A stretch of DNA of 64,000 nt from Chloroflexota bacterium (GCA_037440625.1 JBBITT010000007.1:28257-92256), one strand, 5' to 3'; shown: positions 46,547 through 55,587, numbered from the stretch's first letter. Program-made: numbers and translations. Notes: generated by a model from the letters alone, not told the origin.

Positions 46547-47341
46547 ATGCCTACCCTCATCCATCTTTCCGACCTACACTTTGGCCCGCATCACAGCACT
46601 CATCTCGACGAAATTATCTTGCGCGAAATCGCGGCGTTGAACCCAGACGCCGTGATTGTTTCCGGCGACTTGACGATGCGCGCACGTCATCGCGAGTTTG
46701 AACAGGCGCGCGATTTTCTCGCGCGGATTCACGTGCCGACCTTGACCATTCCCGGCAATCACGATCAACCCATTTTGCCGGTGGCTGATCTGGTCGAACG
46801 GTTCACGCATCGTTTTGCGCGGTACGTCCGGTACATCCACAACGATATTGACGCGGTACTGCGCGTGGATGGATTGTGTGCCGTCGGCTTGAACGACAAT
46901 CGCCCGATTCTGCCCGGCGGCTTTTGGTCGCGCGCACAGCGAGACTGGCTTGGCGCACAACTTGCCGCCATGCCACACGAGGCTGTGCGTGTTGTGGTTA
47001 CGCATCACCAATTGATCTGGCAAGGATGGCGGCCCGCCGGCTTTTGGCGCGCGGAACACACGCTCGATTTTCTGGCGCGATACGGCGTTGAACTTGTGCT
47101 GAACGGACACACCCACGTGGCGCACGCGGAACAAACATCGAACGGCATTGTGGTTGCACGGGCTGGCACAGCGACGAGTGATCGTTTGCGTCATGGCAAT
47201 GGTAACGCGTACAACTTGATTATGATTGACGAACAACACATCAATGTGTTCGTTCGAGAATATGACGAATGTGCCGATGCGTTCGTTGCGGCACGGGCAT
47301 TTACATTTGCGCGCCGTGTCAATCGGCGAGGAGAGCCATAG
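46547..47341 (+). CDS. calcineurin-like metallophosphoesterase
   Basis: 264 aa; LSDLHFG, SGDLT, PGNHD, VVTHHQ, NGHTH motifs; stop TAG directly abuts next ATG. Confidence 0.85.
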   Translation: MPTLIHLSDLHFGPHHSTHLDEIILREIAALNPDAVIVSGDLTMRARHREFEQARDFLARIHVPTLTIPGNHDQPILPVADLVERFTHRFARYVRYIHNDIDAVLRVDGLCAVGLNDNRPILPGGFWSRAQRDWLGAQLAAMPHEAVRVVVTHHQLIWQGWRPAGFWRAEHTLDFLARYGVELVLNGHTHVAHAEQTSNGIVVARAGTATSDRLRHGNGNAYNLIMIDEQHINVFVREYDECADAFVAARAFTFARRVNRRGEP

Positions 47342-48745
47342 ATGGACATTCAAAAAATCGTACTCATTTGGCCTGGACGCGAAGGACGAATGTTTGGCAA
47401 AGCGCCCGGCTCACCTTATACGTTGATGCGTTTAGCCAGTCTGGTGCCGGATCAAATCCCGGTTGAAATCTGGGATGAAGATTTGGGTCCTTTGCCTCTG
47501 CATCGTTTGGGCAAAAACGATTTGGTGGGGATCACGAGCAAGACGTTGACGATTGATCGCGCCAAAGAAATCGCGTTCGTTGCACAGCGACGCGGCGCAA
47601 CGGTTGTGGTGGGCGGCACGCATGCCACGCTCGCGCCGGCCGAAGTGGCACAATGGGCGCACGTGACTGCCATCGGGGAAGGGTATCACACCTGGCCCCA
47701 AATCATTTCTGATGCGCTGAAGGATCGTTTGCAAAAAATCTACACCGATGAATCATGGATCAATCTTGCCGGTGTTACCGCGATCACGGACCGCGTGCTC
47801 AAGATGGTGGACGAACATCGCCACTATTGGACGCCATATATGGAGATCACGCGCGGCTGTCCCCGCGATTGTCATTTTTGTACGGCGATTCGGGTGAGCG
47901 GCAAAGTGATGCGCCATCGTCCGGTTGATGAAGTGGTGGACGAGATTCAGCGGCGGCGCATCAAACGATTCTTCCTGACCGATGATAATTTTGGTCTCAA
48001 CTTTCGCACCCATCCCGATTACATCGTGCAATTGTTCGATGCGCTGAAAAAACTCGATCTGAACGGCTGGACGGCCCAAGCCGAAATGATGGTGGGCAAT
48101 TTTCCGGAACTGCTCGGACTGGCGCGGCAGGCGCATTTGGATAAATTGTTCATTGGCTTTGAATCCATCAATGCGAGCAATCGGCGTGACCTGGGGGGCA
48201 AGAGCAAGGGCGGGATCGAAGAGTACAAGCGCGTGATTGACACGATCCACCAGCATGGTATTGGCGTCGTCGGTCTGTTTGTGTTGGGCTTGGATGGCGA
48301 CACGCCGGATGTTTTTGAAAACACGTGGGACTTTGTGCGTGAAAGTGAATTGGACGCGGTGAGTTTTACGATTATGACGCCCTATCCCGGCACCGAATTG
48401 CGCCGCGAATATGAAGCCCAAGGACGGTTGCTTCCGAATATACCGTGGAGCAAGTACGATACCGCGCATGTTGTGTTCCAACCCAAACAAATGACGGTTG
48501 AACAATTGCGACGCGGGTACGATTGGATTTGTCGCAAAGCATACACGCCGATCTCCATCGCTGCGCGTGGTGTCCGCGCGTTGCGCCGACATCCCCCCCA
48601 TTATTATCAGCGGCGAGCGTTCTCCAGTTTTAGTACCGATTTTGGGTACCGCAAAACCGTCAGTTATCGCGACCGCGAGCCGGATTTCCGGTGGCGGGTG
48701 CCCGCGCGTTTGAATTTCTCAACCTCGTTGATGAATAAGGAATAA
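47342..48745 (+). CDS. class-B (cobalamin-binding-domain) radical SAM protein 1
   Basis: 467 aa; N-terminal Rossmann-like LVGITSKT ... VVVGGTHAT, cluster motif GCPRDCHFC. Confidence 0.85.
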   Translation: MDIQKIVLIWPGREGRMFGKAPGSPYTLMRLASLVPDQIPVEIWDEDLGPLPLHRLGKNDLVGITSKTLTIDRAKEIAFVAQRRGATVVVGGTHATLAPAEVAQWAHVTAIGEGYHTWPQIISDALKDRLQKIYTDESWINLAGVTAITDRVLKMVDEHRHYWTPYMEITRGCPRDCHFCTAIRVSGKVMRHRPVDEVVDEIQRRRIKRFFLTDDNFGLNFRTHPDYIVQLFDALKKLDLNGWTAQAEMMVGNFPELLGLARQAHLDKLFIGFESINASNRRDLGGKSKGGIEEYKRVIDTIHQHGIGVVGLFVLGLDGDTPDVFENTWDFVRESELDAVSFTIMTPYPGTELRREYEAQGRLLPNIPWSKYDTAHVVFQPKQMTVEQLRRGYDWICRKAYTPISIAARGVRALRRHPPHYYQRRAFSSFSTDFGYRKTVSYRDREPDFRWRVPARLNFSTSLMNKE

Positions 48746-48805
48746 CGGTGCGGTAATTTATTGAAATATTTTTATAAAAATTATATATTCCCGCGGGCAC
48801 AATAA

Positions 48806-48834
48806 TTGACTTGGCTCTGGCTCAATGCTATAAT
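48806..48834 (+). promoter_or_regulatory. near-consensus sigma70 promoter upstream of radical SAM genes 2-3
   Basis: TTGACT (48806-11) - 17 nt - TATAAT (48829-34) within an AT-rich 173-nt spacer. Confidence 0.6.
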
Positions 48835-48918
48835 GTGCACGCTACTCTATACGCTATCTTTACACTCGATCTCTAACTCGACACTCTAATCGCTACACTC
48901 CCCCAAGGAGGTTTTCCT

Positions 48919-50415
48919 TTGCGTGTTCTCTTAATCAATCCACGTTTTCAATTGCCTATTGATACCCGCACTACCCCACATCTCGGCATTGCTTATCTTG
49001 CTGCGGTGAGTGAACGACGGGGCGATGAGGTGCGCGTGTTCGATATGGATGTGGAAGACATCAAGTTAGCCGATTTTGTTCGCGACTATCAACCCGATAT
49101 TGTGGGCATCACTAGCAACACGCCGCAAGTGAAGCAAGGTTGGTATGCCGCGCGCGAAATCAAATCCGTGCGCGATGTGGTCATTGTGCAAGGCGGTCCC
49201 CACGTTTCCGCGTTGCCGGAAGAAGCCGCCTCGCGTCCGGAAATTGACGTGGTGGCGCGCGGCGAAGGCGAAGAAACCTGGCTCAATTTATGCGAGGTTG
49301 TTGAGCAAGCAAAGAAAAACAATCCCGGCTTTAAATCGGTTGATCTACTCGATCCGGCGAACAAATTGCTCGATGGCGTGCTCGGCATCACATATCAAAC
49401 GACCGATGGCAAGATTCGGCATACGCACGAACGACCTGCGATTGCCAATCTCGATGACTTGCCTTTCCCGGCGTATCACTATTTCAAAATGGAACGCTAT
49501 ACCTCGCTTCAGCCGGCAATGGACGCCATTGAAAAAGGCAAATCGTTCAGCATTATGACGTCGCGCGGGTGTCCTTATCGTTGCACGTTTTGTTCGCAAT
49601 CGGTGATGGCGGAAAAGTGGCGCGCACGTTCGCCGGAGAGTGTTGTCAAAGAGTGGGCGCATCTCGTTCACGATTTGGGCGCGCAAGAGATCGGCATTCT
49701 CGATGATTCCGCGAACATCAATCGCAAACGTCTGCACGAACTATCGGATTTGCTCATTAAGGAAAAATTGAATCACGTACCTTGGATTCTCATCAACGGT
49801 ATCCGCGCCAATCTTGCCGACGAAGATTTATTGCGGCATATGAAAGAAGCCGGTTTGAAACGGCTGGCGTTTGGCGTAGAAACCGGCGACGAGGATATTT
49901 TGGAATCCATTGACAAGCGCGTTACGCATGAGCAAATCAAGCAAGCGTTCAAGAACGCGAAAAAGGTTGGCTTGGAAACGGTGGGCTTTTTCATCATCGG
50001 CCTGCCGGGCGATACCGAAGAGACGATGGAAAAGACGATTCGACTTGCCTGTGAACTTGATCCGCTTGTCGCCAACTTTTCGATGATGACACCGTATCCC
50101 GGCACCAAAGTGTGGGAACAGGTGCATCGCAATGGCGGGCGAATGTTGGTCAAGGATTGGCAAGATTACGTGTTCTTTGAAGGCAAGGCGCGCTACGAGT
50201 TGGGTGAGACGACGGCAACGATTCAAGAAAAGAAATGGAAAGAAGCGTATCGCCGATTCTATTTGCGCCCGCATCGCATTGCGATGACCTTGATGCGGAA
50301 ATCCACGTGGCAACATTTTCCGCGCACCTTGCGGATGGCGTTGAAAATCGTTTTGCCCAAAAAAGAAAAAGACGATGTCAAGGCGATGGTGGAAGAAACA
50401 CAGGTAGCGTGCTGA
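48919..50415 (+). CDS. class-B radical SAM protein 2 (paralog of protein 4)
   Basis: 498 aa, TTG start after AAGGAGG; IVGITSNT ... VQGGPHVS, GCPYRCTFC; tail KKWKEAYRRFYLRPHRIA shared with 52190..53662. Confidence 0.85.
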   Translation: MRVLLINPRFQLPIDTRTTPHLGIAYLAAVSERRGDEVRVFDMDVEDIKLADFVRDYQPDIVGITSNTPQVKQGWYAAREIKSVRDVVIVQGGPHVSALPEEAASRPEIDVVARGEGEETWLNLCEVVEQAKKNNPGFKSVDLLDPANKLLDGVLGITYQTTDGKIRHTHERPAIANLDDLPFPAYHYFKMERYTSLQPAMDAIEKGKSFSIMTSRGCPYRCTFCSQSVMAEKWRARSPESVVKEWAHLVHDLGAQEIGILDDSANINRKRLHELSDLLIKEKLNHVPWILINGIRANLADEDLLRHMKEAGLKRLAFGVETGDEDILESIDKRVTHEQIKQAFKNAKKVGLETVGFFIIGLPGDTEETMEKTIRLACELDPLVANFSMMTPYPGTKVWEQVHRNGGRMLVKDWQDYVFFEGKARYELGETTATIQEKKWKEAYRRFYLRPHRIAMTLMRKSTWQHFPRTLRMALKIVLPKKEKDDVKAMVEETQVAC

Positions 50416-51773
50416 TGAAACGTCTTTGGCTTGACCTCGGAGACCTTGGGGTATTCGTTCGCCCGGCGGGGGCGCACGATCGCTGGCAAGATCACGGACT
50501 GGGTCTTCTCCGCACAATTTTGAAAAACAATGGTGTCGCAACCGATTTGTTTTCGACGCGCTCGCTTCACGCGTTCGATGAACTTGCGCCGCGCGTGCAA
50601 GGGTACGACACTTTGATCATGAACGTGCGCAGTTACACCTATCCGTTTGCGTACCAAGCCGCAAGAATTTTCAAGCGCGTCAATCCCAAAGGATTGGTCA
50701 TCACTGGCGGAATGCACGCCACCGTCGCGCCCGACGAAATGGAAGCGGTCAAAGAGTTTGATGTCATAGTTCAAGGTCCCGGCGAAAATATCATTGTGGA
50801 CTTGATGAAAGACCCGCGTGCGTTTCCGCGCGTGGTGCAAGGTGTTGGCGCAAAATCAATGGCGGACTGGCCCCTGATGGATCGCACGCTGTGGCCCAAT
50901 CCCAACTTACCGGACTTTCCCTGGCCCCTTGAACCGGAATGCGGCTGGGGTCCAGGTCCCGTCGTCACCATTCTCACCAGTCGTGTGTGTCCGTGGCAAT
51001 GTGTCTTTTGCAACGAATCATCGTACATCGCCAATATGGGGCGTAAATCCGTGGATCAGGTGATTGACGAGTTGAATTTTCTGGATGACACGTATGGTCC
51101 GATCGGCTCGTTCGTCATCCACGATTCGATGTTCTTCCAAAATCCGCCGTGGCTCAAAGAATGGTTGGAGAAATTCCCGCGCAAGGCGCACAAACGCTGG
51201 CCCTATTGGGCGGCGGCGCGTTCGGACACGGTGCGTCAATGGCCCGATTTGTTTGAGGCGCTGGTGCGCGAGACGAATTGGAACATTATCTCGATTGGAT
51301 TTGAATCGGGCAGTGATCGTGTGCTAGAAATCCTGAACAAGGAATGTACGGCAGAAGATAATTATTTTGCGATTGACTTGCTCAATCGCATCGGCGATGA
51401 TTTGGAAGCGCGCGGCTATATCCCGCCGAAATTTTGGGCGAACATTATGCTGGGGATTCCCGGCGAAACGCGCGAAGATGCGTTCGATACGATTCGCATG
51501 CTCAAGCGGATGAAACGCGTCTTGCCTTCGATTTCGTACTATGCGCCGTATCCCGGCTCGGCACTGGGTTATCAACTGATCGCCGAAGGCAAAAGCCGGA
51601 TGTCCAAAGAAAATTATCATCGCTATCCCGACGATGAGAAGGTCAAGGGGATTGATTACAAGTTTTACAAGCAATTGCTCCAAGGCAAGTTTGAGCGGCA
51701 AGTGAACGAAGGATTGCCGCAATTCTTGCGCGAAAAATCGGGTGTGTTTGAAGGGGCGTTAATCAAAGCGTAA
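50415..51773 (+). CDS. class-B-like radical SAM protein 3
   Basis: Track ORF starts 50235 inside previous gene; ATG 50415 overlaps previous stop (TGATG); MKRLWLDLGD...; VITGGMHAT, RVCPWQCVFC. Confidence 0.8.
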   Translation: MKRLWLDLGDLGVFVRPAGAHDRWQDHGLGLLRTILKNNGVATDLFSTRSLHAFDELAPRVQGYDTLIMNVRSYTYPFAYQAARIFKRVNPKGLVITGGMHATVAPDEMEAVKEFDVIVQGPGENIIVDLMKDPRAFPRVVQGVGAKSMADWPLMDRTLWPNPNLPDFPWPLEPECGWGPGPVVTILTSRVCPWQCVFCNESSYIANMGRKSVDQVIDELNFLDDTYGPIGSFVIHDSMFFQNPPWLKEWLEKFPRKAHKRWPYWAAARSDTVRQWPDLFEALVRETNWNIISIGFESGSDRVLEILNKECTAEDNYFAIDLLNRIGDDLEARGYIPPKFWANIMLGIPGETREDAFDTIRMLKRMKRVLPSISYYAPYPGSALGYQLIAEGKSRMSKENYHRYPDDEKVKGIDYKFYKQLLQGKFERQVNEGLPQFLREKSGVFEGALIKA

Positions 51774-51781
51774 TTTGATTG

Positions 51782-51861
51782 GTCATTGCGAGCGAAGCCG
51801 CACAGCCATCTCTCAACCAATTCGGAGATTGCTTCGTCGCTAAAACGCTCCTCGCAATGAC
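51782..51861. repeat. 80-nt imperfect palindromic element
   Basis: GTCATTGCGAG (51782-92) pairs with CTCGCAATGAC (51851-61); CGAAGC (51793-98) with GCTTCG (51831-36); inner ATCTC/GAGAT. Confidence 0.75.
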
Positions 51862-52080
51862 ATGACCAAGACTATGAGTAGTTTCAATCATCCGCATTAC
51901 TTTTACCTCTTTGCCATGAAGAATGGCAAAAAGAAGCTGGGCTATGGTGGGAGTCCGGAAGAAGCCTACGAAAATTTGAAACTGCGGCTCACGCCCAAAG
52001 AGATGGCCCAGATCGTCAAAGAAAAGCCGGTTCGCATTACTCAACGGGATTTACAAAAATATGTGCGCGAACTGGGCTAG
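51862..52080 (+). CDS. small hypothetical protein between radical SAM genes 3 and 4
   Basis: 72 aa (MTKTMSSFNHPHYFYLFAMKNGKKKLGYGGSPEEAYENLKLRLTPKEM...); no RBS; ATG abuts an 80-nt palindromic element; weak hairpin + TTTCGTTTT downstream. Confidence 0.4.
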   Translation: MTKTMSSFNHPHYFYLFAMKNGKKKLGYGGSPEEAYENLKLRLTPKEMAQIVKEKPVRITQRDLQKYVRELG

Positions 52081-52142
52081 TCGCTGATTCTGATTTCGTT
52101 GAGGCGGGGCGATGAGGGTCTCGCCTTTCGTTTTGATTGTCA

Positions 52143-52171
52143 ATGACACATTCCATCTATTAAGGTATAAT
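52143..52171 (+). promoter_or_regulatory. sigma70-like promoter upstream of radical SAM gene 4
   Basis: ATGACA (52143-48) - 17 nt - TATAAT (52166-71); ATG at 52190. Confidence 0.5.
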
Positions 52172-52189
52172 CATCGCGGTGGTGAACCT

Positions 52190-53662
52190 ATGAGAATCTT
52201 GCTCGTCTCGCCCGAATCCAAAGTGTGGAATTCGCGCGCGCATATCCATAACGGTTTGGGGTATCTTGCCGGCGCGTTGCTGGCAAATGGCTATACCGAT
52301 GTGACGCTGTTCGATGGCGCCGTCGAAGAAGAATCGGTTGCGCACGTATTAGATCGCGCCATTGCAGAAGGTCATCCGTACGAGGTCGTGGGTTTTTCTG
52401 CGCCGACCGTTCTGATTGAGAATGCGTGGCGCGATGCGATCGCCGCCAAACAGCGCGGGGCGATCACGATCTTGGGGGGACCGCATCTCACGCTCCAGCC
52501 GGACGAATCCATGCAAAAGCCGCAAGTGGATTTTGTCGCGCGCGGCGAAGCGGAAGATACGATTATCGAATTTGTGCGCGTTCTGGAAGATGGGAAGAAT
52601 GTCAACGACGGGCGCTTTCGCAATATCCTGGGTCTCTCGTGGCGCGATGCGTTCGGCAAAGTGATCCACAATCTGGATCGTCCCCTGCGTCCCGATCTCG
52701 ATCACATTCCGATGCCGGCGTACCACCTCTTCAAGATCGAACGTTACACCAACTTGAATCCCCTCACCGATGGTCTCGATCCACACGCGCGCGCGTACAC
52801 CATCGTAACCTCGCGTGGCTGTCCCTACAAATGCACCTACTGTTCCAAGCCGATTACCGGCGATACGTGGCGCGCGCGCTCCATCGAGAATGTGATCAAA
52901 GAGTGGCGATACTTGGTCAAAGAGATGCGCGCGACCGAAATCGGCATCACGGACGATATTTGGAATCTCGATTTGAAACGTGCCAAGGATTTGTGCCGCG
53001 CGATCATCGCCGAGGGGCTGAACACGGTGCCTTGGGTTACCGTGCACGGCATGAAAGTGAATCACACCGATGCCGAGTTGTTTCAATTGATGAAGAAAGC
53101 CGGTTGCAAGCGCGTGGGGTTTGGCGTGGAAAGCGGCGACGAGTACATCTTGAAACGCGTCGTCAAAAAATCACAAACGTTCGATCAAGTGCGCGCAGCG
53201 TTCAAGAACGCCAAAGCCGCCGGTCTGCAAACGATGGGCTTTTTCATCTACGGAATGCCCGGCGAAACCGCAGAGACGATGGACAAGACGACGCAACTTG
53301 CCCTGGAACTCGATCCCGATCTTGCCAACTTTATGATCGCTGCGCCGTTCCCCGGCACCGAGTTGTGGAAGCTTGTGCAGAAGGAAGGGATTCTCTTTTC
53401 GCACACGTGGGACGATTACGCGATTCATTCCGACAAGGCGCATTTCCAAGTAGGCGATCTGACCGCCGAACTCGTCGAGCGCAAATGGCACGAAGCGTAC
53501 CGCCGATTCTATTTCCGTCCGCATCGGATCGCGCGGCGATTGCTGATGAAGGACACGTGGCTCAACGCGCCGCAACGCGCGAAAGATGCGCTCCGATTTT
53601 TCCTGGGCGCGAAAGAAAAAGCGAAGGCACTTAGAGGTGAAAAATGGCGAACGAACTCGTAA
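52190..53662 (+). CDS. class-B radical SAM protein 4 (paralog of protein 2)
   Basis: Track ORF starts 52112; ATG 52190 preceded by GGTGGTGAA; VVGFSAPT ... ILGGPHLT, GCPYKCTYC; tail RKWHEAYRRFYFRPHRIA. Confidence 0.85.
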   Translation: MRILLVSPESKVWNSRAHIHNGLGYLAGALLANGYTDVTLFDGAVEEESVAHVLDRAIAEGHPYEVVGFSAPTVLIENAWRDAIAAKQRGAITILGGPHLTLQPDESMQKPQVDFVARGEAEDTIIEFVRVLEDGKNVNDGRFRNILGLSWRDAFGKVIHNLDRPLRPDLDHIPMPAYHLFKIERYTNLNPLTDGLDPHARAYTIVTSRGCPYKCTYCSKPITGDTWRARSIENVIKEWRYLVKEMRATEIGITDDIWNLDLKRAKDLCRAIIAEGLNTVPWVTVHGMKVNHTDAELFQLMKKAGCKRVGFGVESGDEYILKRVVKKSQTFDQVRAAFKNAKAAGLQTMGFFIYGMPGETAETMDKTTQLALELDPDLANFMIAAPFPGTELWKLVQKEGILFSHTWDDYAIHSDKAHFQVGDLTAELVERKWHEAYRRFYFRPHRIARRLLMKDTWLNAPQRAKDALRFFLGAKEKAKALRGEKWRTNS

Positions 53663-53889
53663 ACAAATGGATTCGCGCTGATCCCACCGTGATGATGGGC
53701 AAGCCCGTCATCATCGGAACAAGAATCACAGTTGAGTTGATTTTGGAAAAACTCGCGGCAGGCGAAACAACGGAACAAATTCTTTCTGCCCATCCGCGTT
53801 TGACTGAGGAGGCAATCCGCGCGGCGTTAGCGTTTGCGACAGAAGCGTTGCGCGCTGATGTGGTCTATCCGATTGAGGCATCGGTGTGA
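53644..53889 (+). CDS. DUF433-family antitoxin-like protein
   Basis: 81 aa; MGKPVIIGTRITVELILEKLAAGETTEQILSAHPRLTEEAIRAALAFA matches DUF433 pattern; overlaps rSAM4 end by 19 nt. Confidence 0.8.
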   Translation: MANELVNKWIRADPTVMMGKPVIIGTRITVELILEKLAAGETTEQILSAHPRLTEEAIRAALAFATEALRADVVYPIEASV

Positions 53890-54244
53890 ATTTGCTGGCT
53901 GACGAGAGTATTGATCGTCAAATCGTTGAACGGTTGAGACAAGATGGGCACCGCGTTCCTTTTGTCACAGAAATGGAACCGGGCATCTCGGACGATATGG
54001 TGCTTGCGCGCGCGCCAATCAAGAAGGCGCGATGCTTTTAACTGCCGATAAGGATTTTGGCGAATTGGTATTTCGGCAACGCCGGATTTCTCTCGGCGTC
54101 ATTCTCGCGCGCTTGTTTGGTCTCTCGCCTGAACGTAAAGCCGTGATTGTCGCGGATGCTATTCGCAAACACAGCGAAGAATTGCCCCATAGTTTTGTGG
54201 TTATTACGCCAACCAGTGTACGTATCCGACACGACATGCCGTAA
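53886..54244 (+). pseudogene. DUF5615 (PIN-like/Mut7-C) toxin-like gene disrupted by a frameshift in a (GC)5 tract
   Basis: GTG 53886 (GTGA overlap with DUF433) reads VNLLADESIDRQIVERLRQDGHRVPFVTEMEPGISDDMVLARA then hits TAA at 54039; frame +2 continues (M)LLTADKDFGELVFRQRR... to 54244. Deleting one GC from 54006..54015 restores ...LARANQEGAMLLTADKDFGE. Confidence 0.75.
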
Positions 54245-54340
54245 ATGGAGGCGACCAAAGTTCGCCCTCTTCCCATTCCGCATTTTGCTCCTTGCCTTTT
54301 TCTTTCTGATGCTTGCCGCCTGGCCTCCAACACAACACCG

Positions 54341-54469
54341 ATGTCAACGGAAACTTTCCAAACAGTGAGTTTCAACAAATTTGTTGATTGCGCTCAAATA
54401 CTGGCAGAATACGATCAATGTCCTGGGTCTCAAATAGCAATTAAGAGAGACGATACAATGAGTTGCTAA
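54341..54469 (+). CDS. candidate small Cys-containing peptide immediately upstream of the SPASM/twitch radical SAM gene (speculative)
   Basis: Same frame as track ORF 54245..54469; from ATG 54341: [42 protein letters not shown]; stop TAA shares a nt with ATG 54469 (TAATG); no RBS, AT-rich, rare codons. Confidence 0.3.
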   Translation: MSTETFQTVSFNKFVDCAQILAEYDQCPGSQIAIKRDDTMSC

Positions 54470-55587
54470 TGCTTGCCTCCCTCCTTCCCAAAATCCCCCT
54501 CTACTGGTCGTTCTATCGTTTCGGCTTCCCAAAATTATTGCCGTTCAGCATCGTCGTGAGCGTGTCGTATCGTTGCAACAGCAAATGCCGCACGTGCGAC
54601 GTGTGGCGCAAGCCGAACGACGACCTCACGCTCGATGAATGGACACGCGTGTTTCAACACATCGGGCGCGGACCGATTTATTTGACATTCACCGGCGGCG
54701 AACCGTTTCTGCGCAAAGACTTGCCGGAGATGGTGCTTGCCGGCTACCAACATTGTCAACCCGAATACATCACGATTCCGACAAACGGCATTCTCACGCA
54801 ACGCATCGCCGAAGGCGTCGAGAAAATTTGCGCAGGCGCACCCAAGTCGCGTATCGGTATCAACCTCTCGCTGGATGGAGTTGGCACGGAGCACGACGAC
54901 ATTCGGCTGGTGCCGGGCAACTGGGACAAGGCGATGGAAACGTGGCGCGTGCTGAAAGCGTTGCACAAAAAATATTCCAATCTCGTTCTCAGCATTCACA
55001 CGGTCATCTCGCAATTCAACATCAAACGCTTTCCGGAAATTTACAAAAATTTGCAATCGCTCGCGCCGGATTCGTACATCACCGAGGTTGCGGAAGAGCG
55101 CGTCGAACTTGATACCGTTGGACTGAATATCACACCGATGGCGCGCGATTACGCACCCATCGCCGATCTGTTGAGCGATCACGCGCGTTCAACGCCGGCG
55201 CGCGGATTTGCACGAGTCACGCAATCGTTCCGTGCCGCGTATTATCAGATGGCAAAGCAAACACTCATCGAACAACGTCAAATCATTCCTTGCTTTGCGG
55301 GCTGGGCAAGCGGGCATATCGCGCCGAACGGCGATGTATGGTCGTGTTGCATTCGCGCCGAGCCGGTCGGCAACTTGCGCGAGACGAATTATGATTTGAA
55401 ACCGATTTGGTTCGAGCGAGCCGGCTCACTGAAAAATTTGCGGCGCAGTATCGCCGCTGGCGAATGCGCGTGCCCAATGGCGAACGCATCGTACGCAAAT
55501 ATGTTGTTGCATCCACCAACATTGATTCAAGTCGCGCGCGAATTGCTCACACGACCAAATGCATCGTTGGAAAAACATTTGGCGTAG
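54469..55587 (+). CDS. radical SAM protein with C-terminal SPASM/twitch-like Cys motif
   Basis: Track start TTG 54463; ATG 54469. [14 protein letters not shown] (CxxxCxxC), FTGGEPF; C-terminal C-x12-G-x4-C ([21 protein letters not shown]) plus GECACP. Confidence 0.85.
   Translation: MLASLLPKIPLYWSFYRFGFPKLLPFSIVVSVSYRCNSKCRTCDVWRKPNDDLTLDEWTRVFQHIGRGPIYLTFTGGEPFLRKDLPEMVLAGYQHCQPEYITIPTNGILTQRIAEGVEKICAGAPKSRIGINLSLDGVGTEHDDIRLVPGNWDKAMETWRVLKALHKKYSNLVLSIHTVISQFNIKRFPEIYKNLQSLAPDSYITEVAEERVELDTVGLNITPMARDYAPIADLLSDHARSTPARGFARVTQSFRAAYYQMAKQTLIEQRQIIPCFAGWASGHIAPNGDVWSCCIRAEPVGNLRETNYDLKPIWFERAGSLKNLRRSIAAGECACPMANASYANMLLHPPTLIQVARELLTRPNASLEKHLA

Noticed and set aside
50235-50414. N-terminal 60-aa extension of rSAM3 given by the ORF track
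   Set aside because: It lies entirely within rSAM2 in another frame. The ATG at 50415 with a TGATG overlap gives a sensible N-terminus.
52426-53634. 402-aa plus-strand ORF in an alternative frame of rSAM4
   Set aside because: It is an out-of-frame overlap of a well-supported radical SAM gene. The translation is extremely Arg/Ser-rich.
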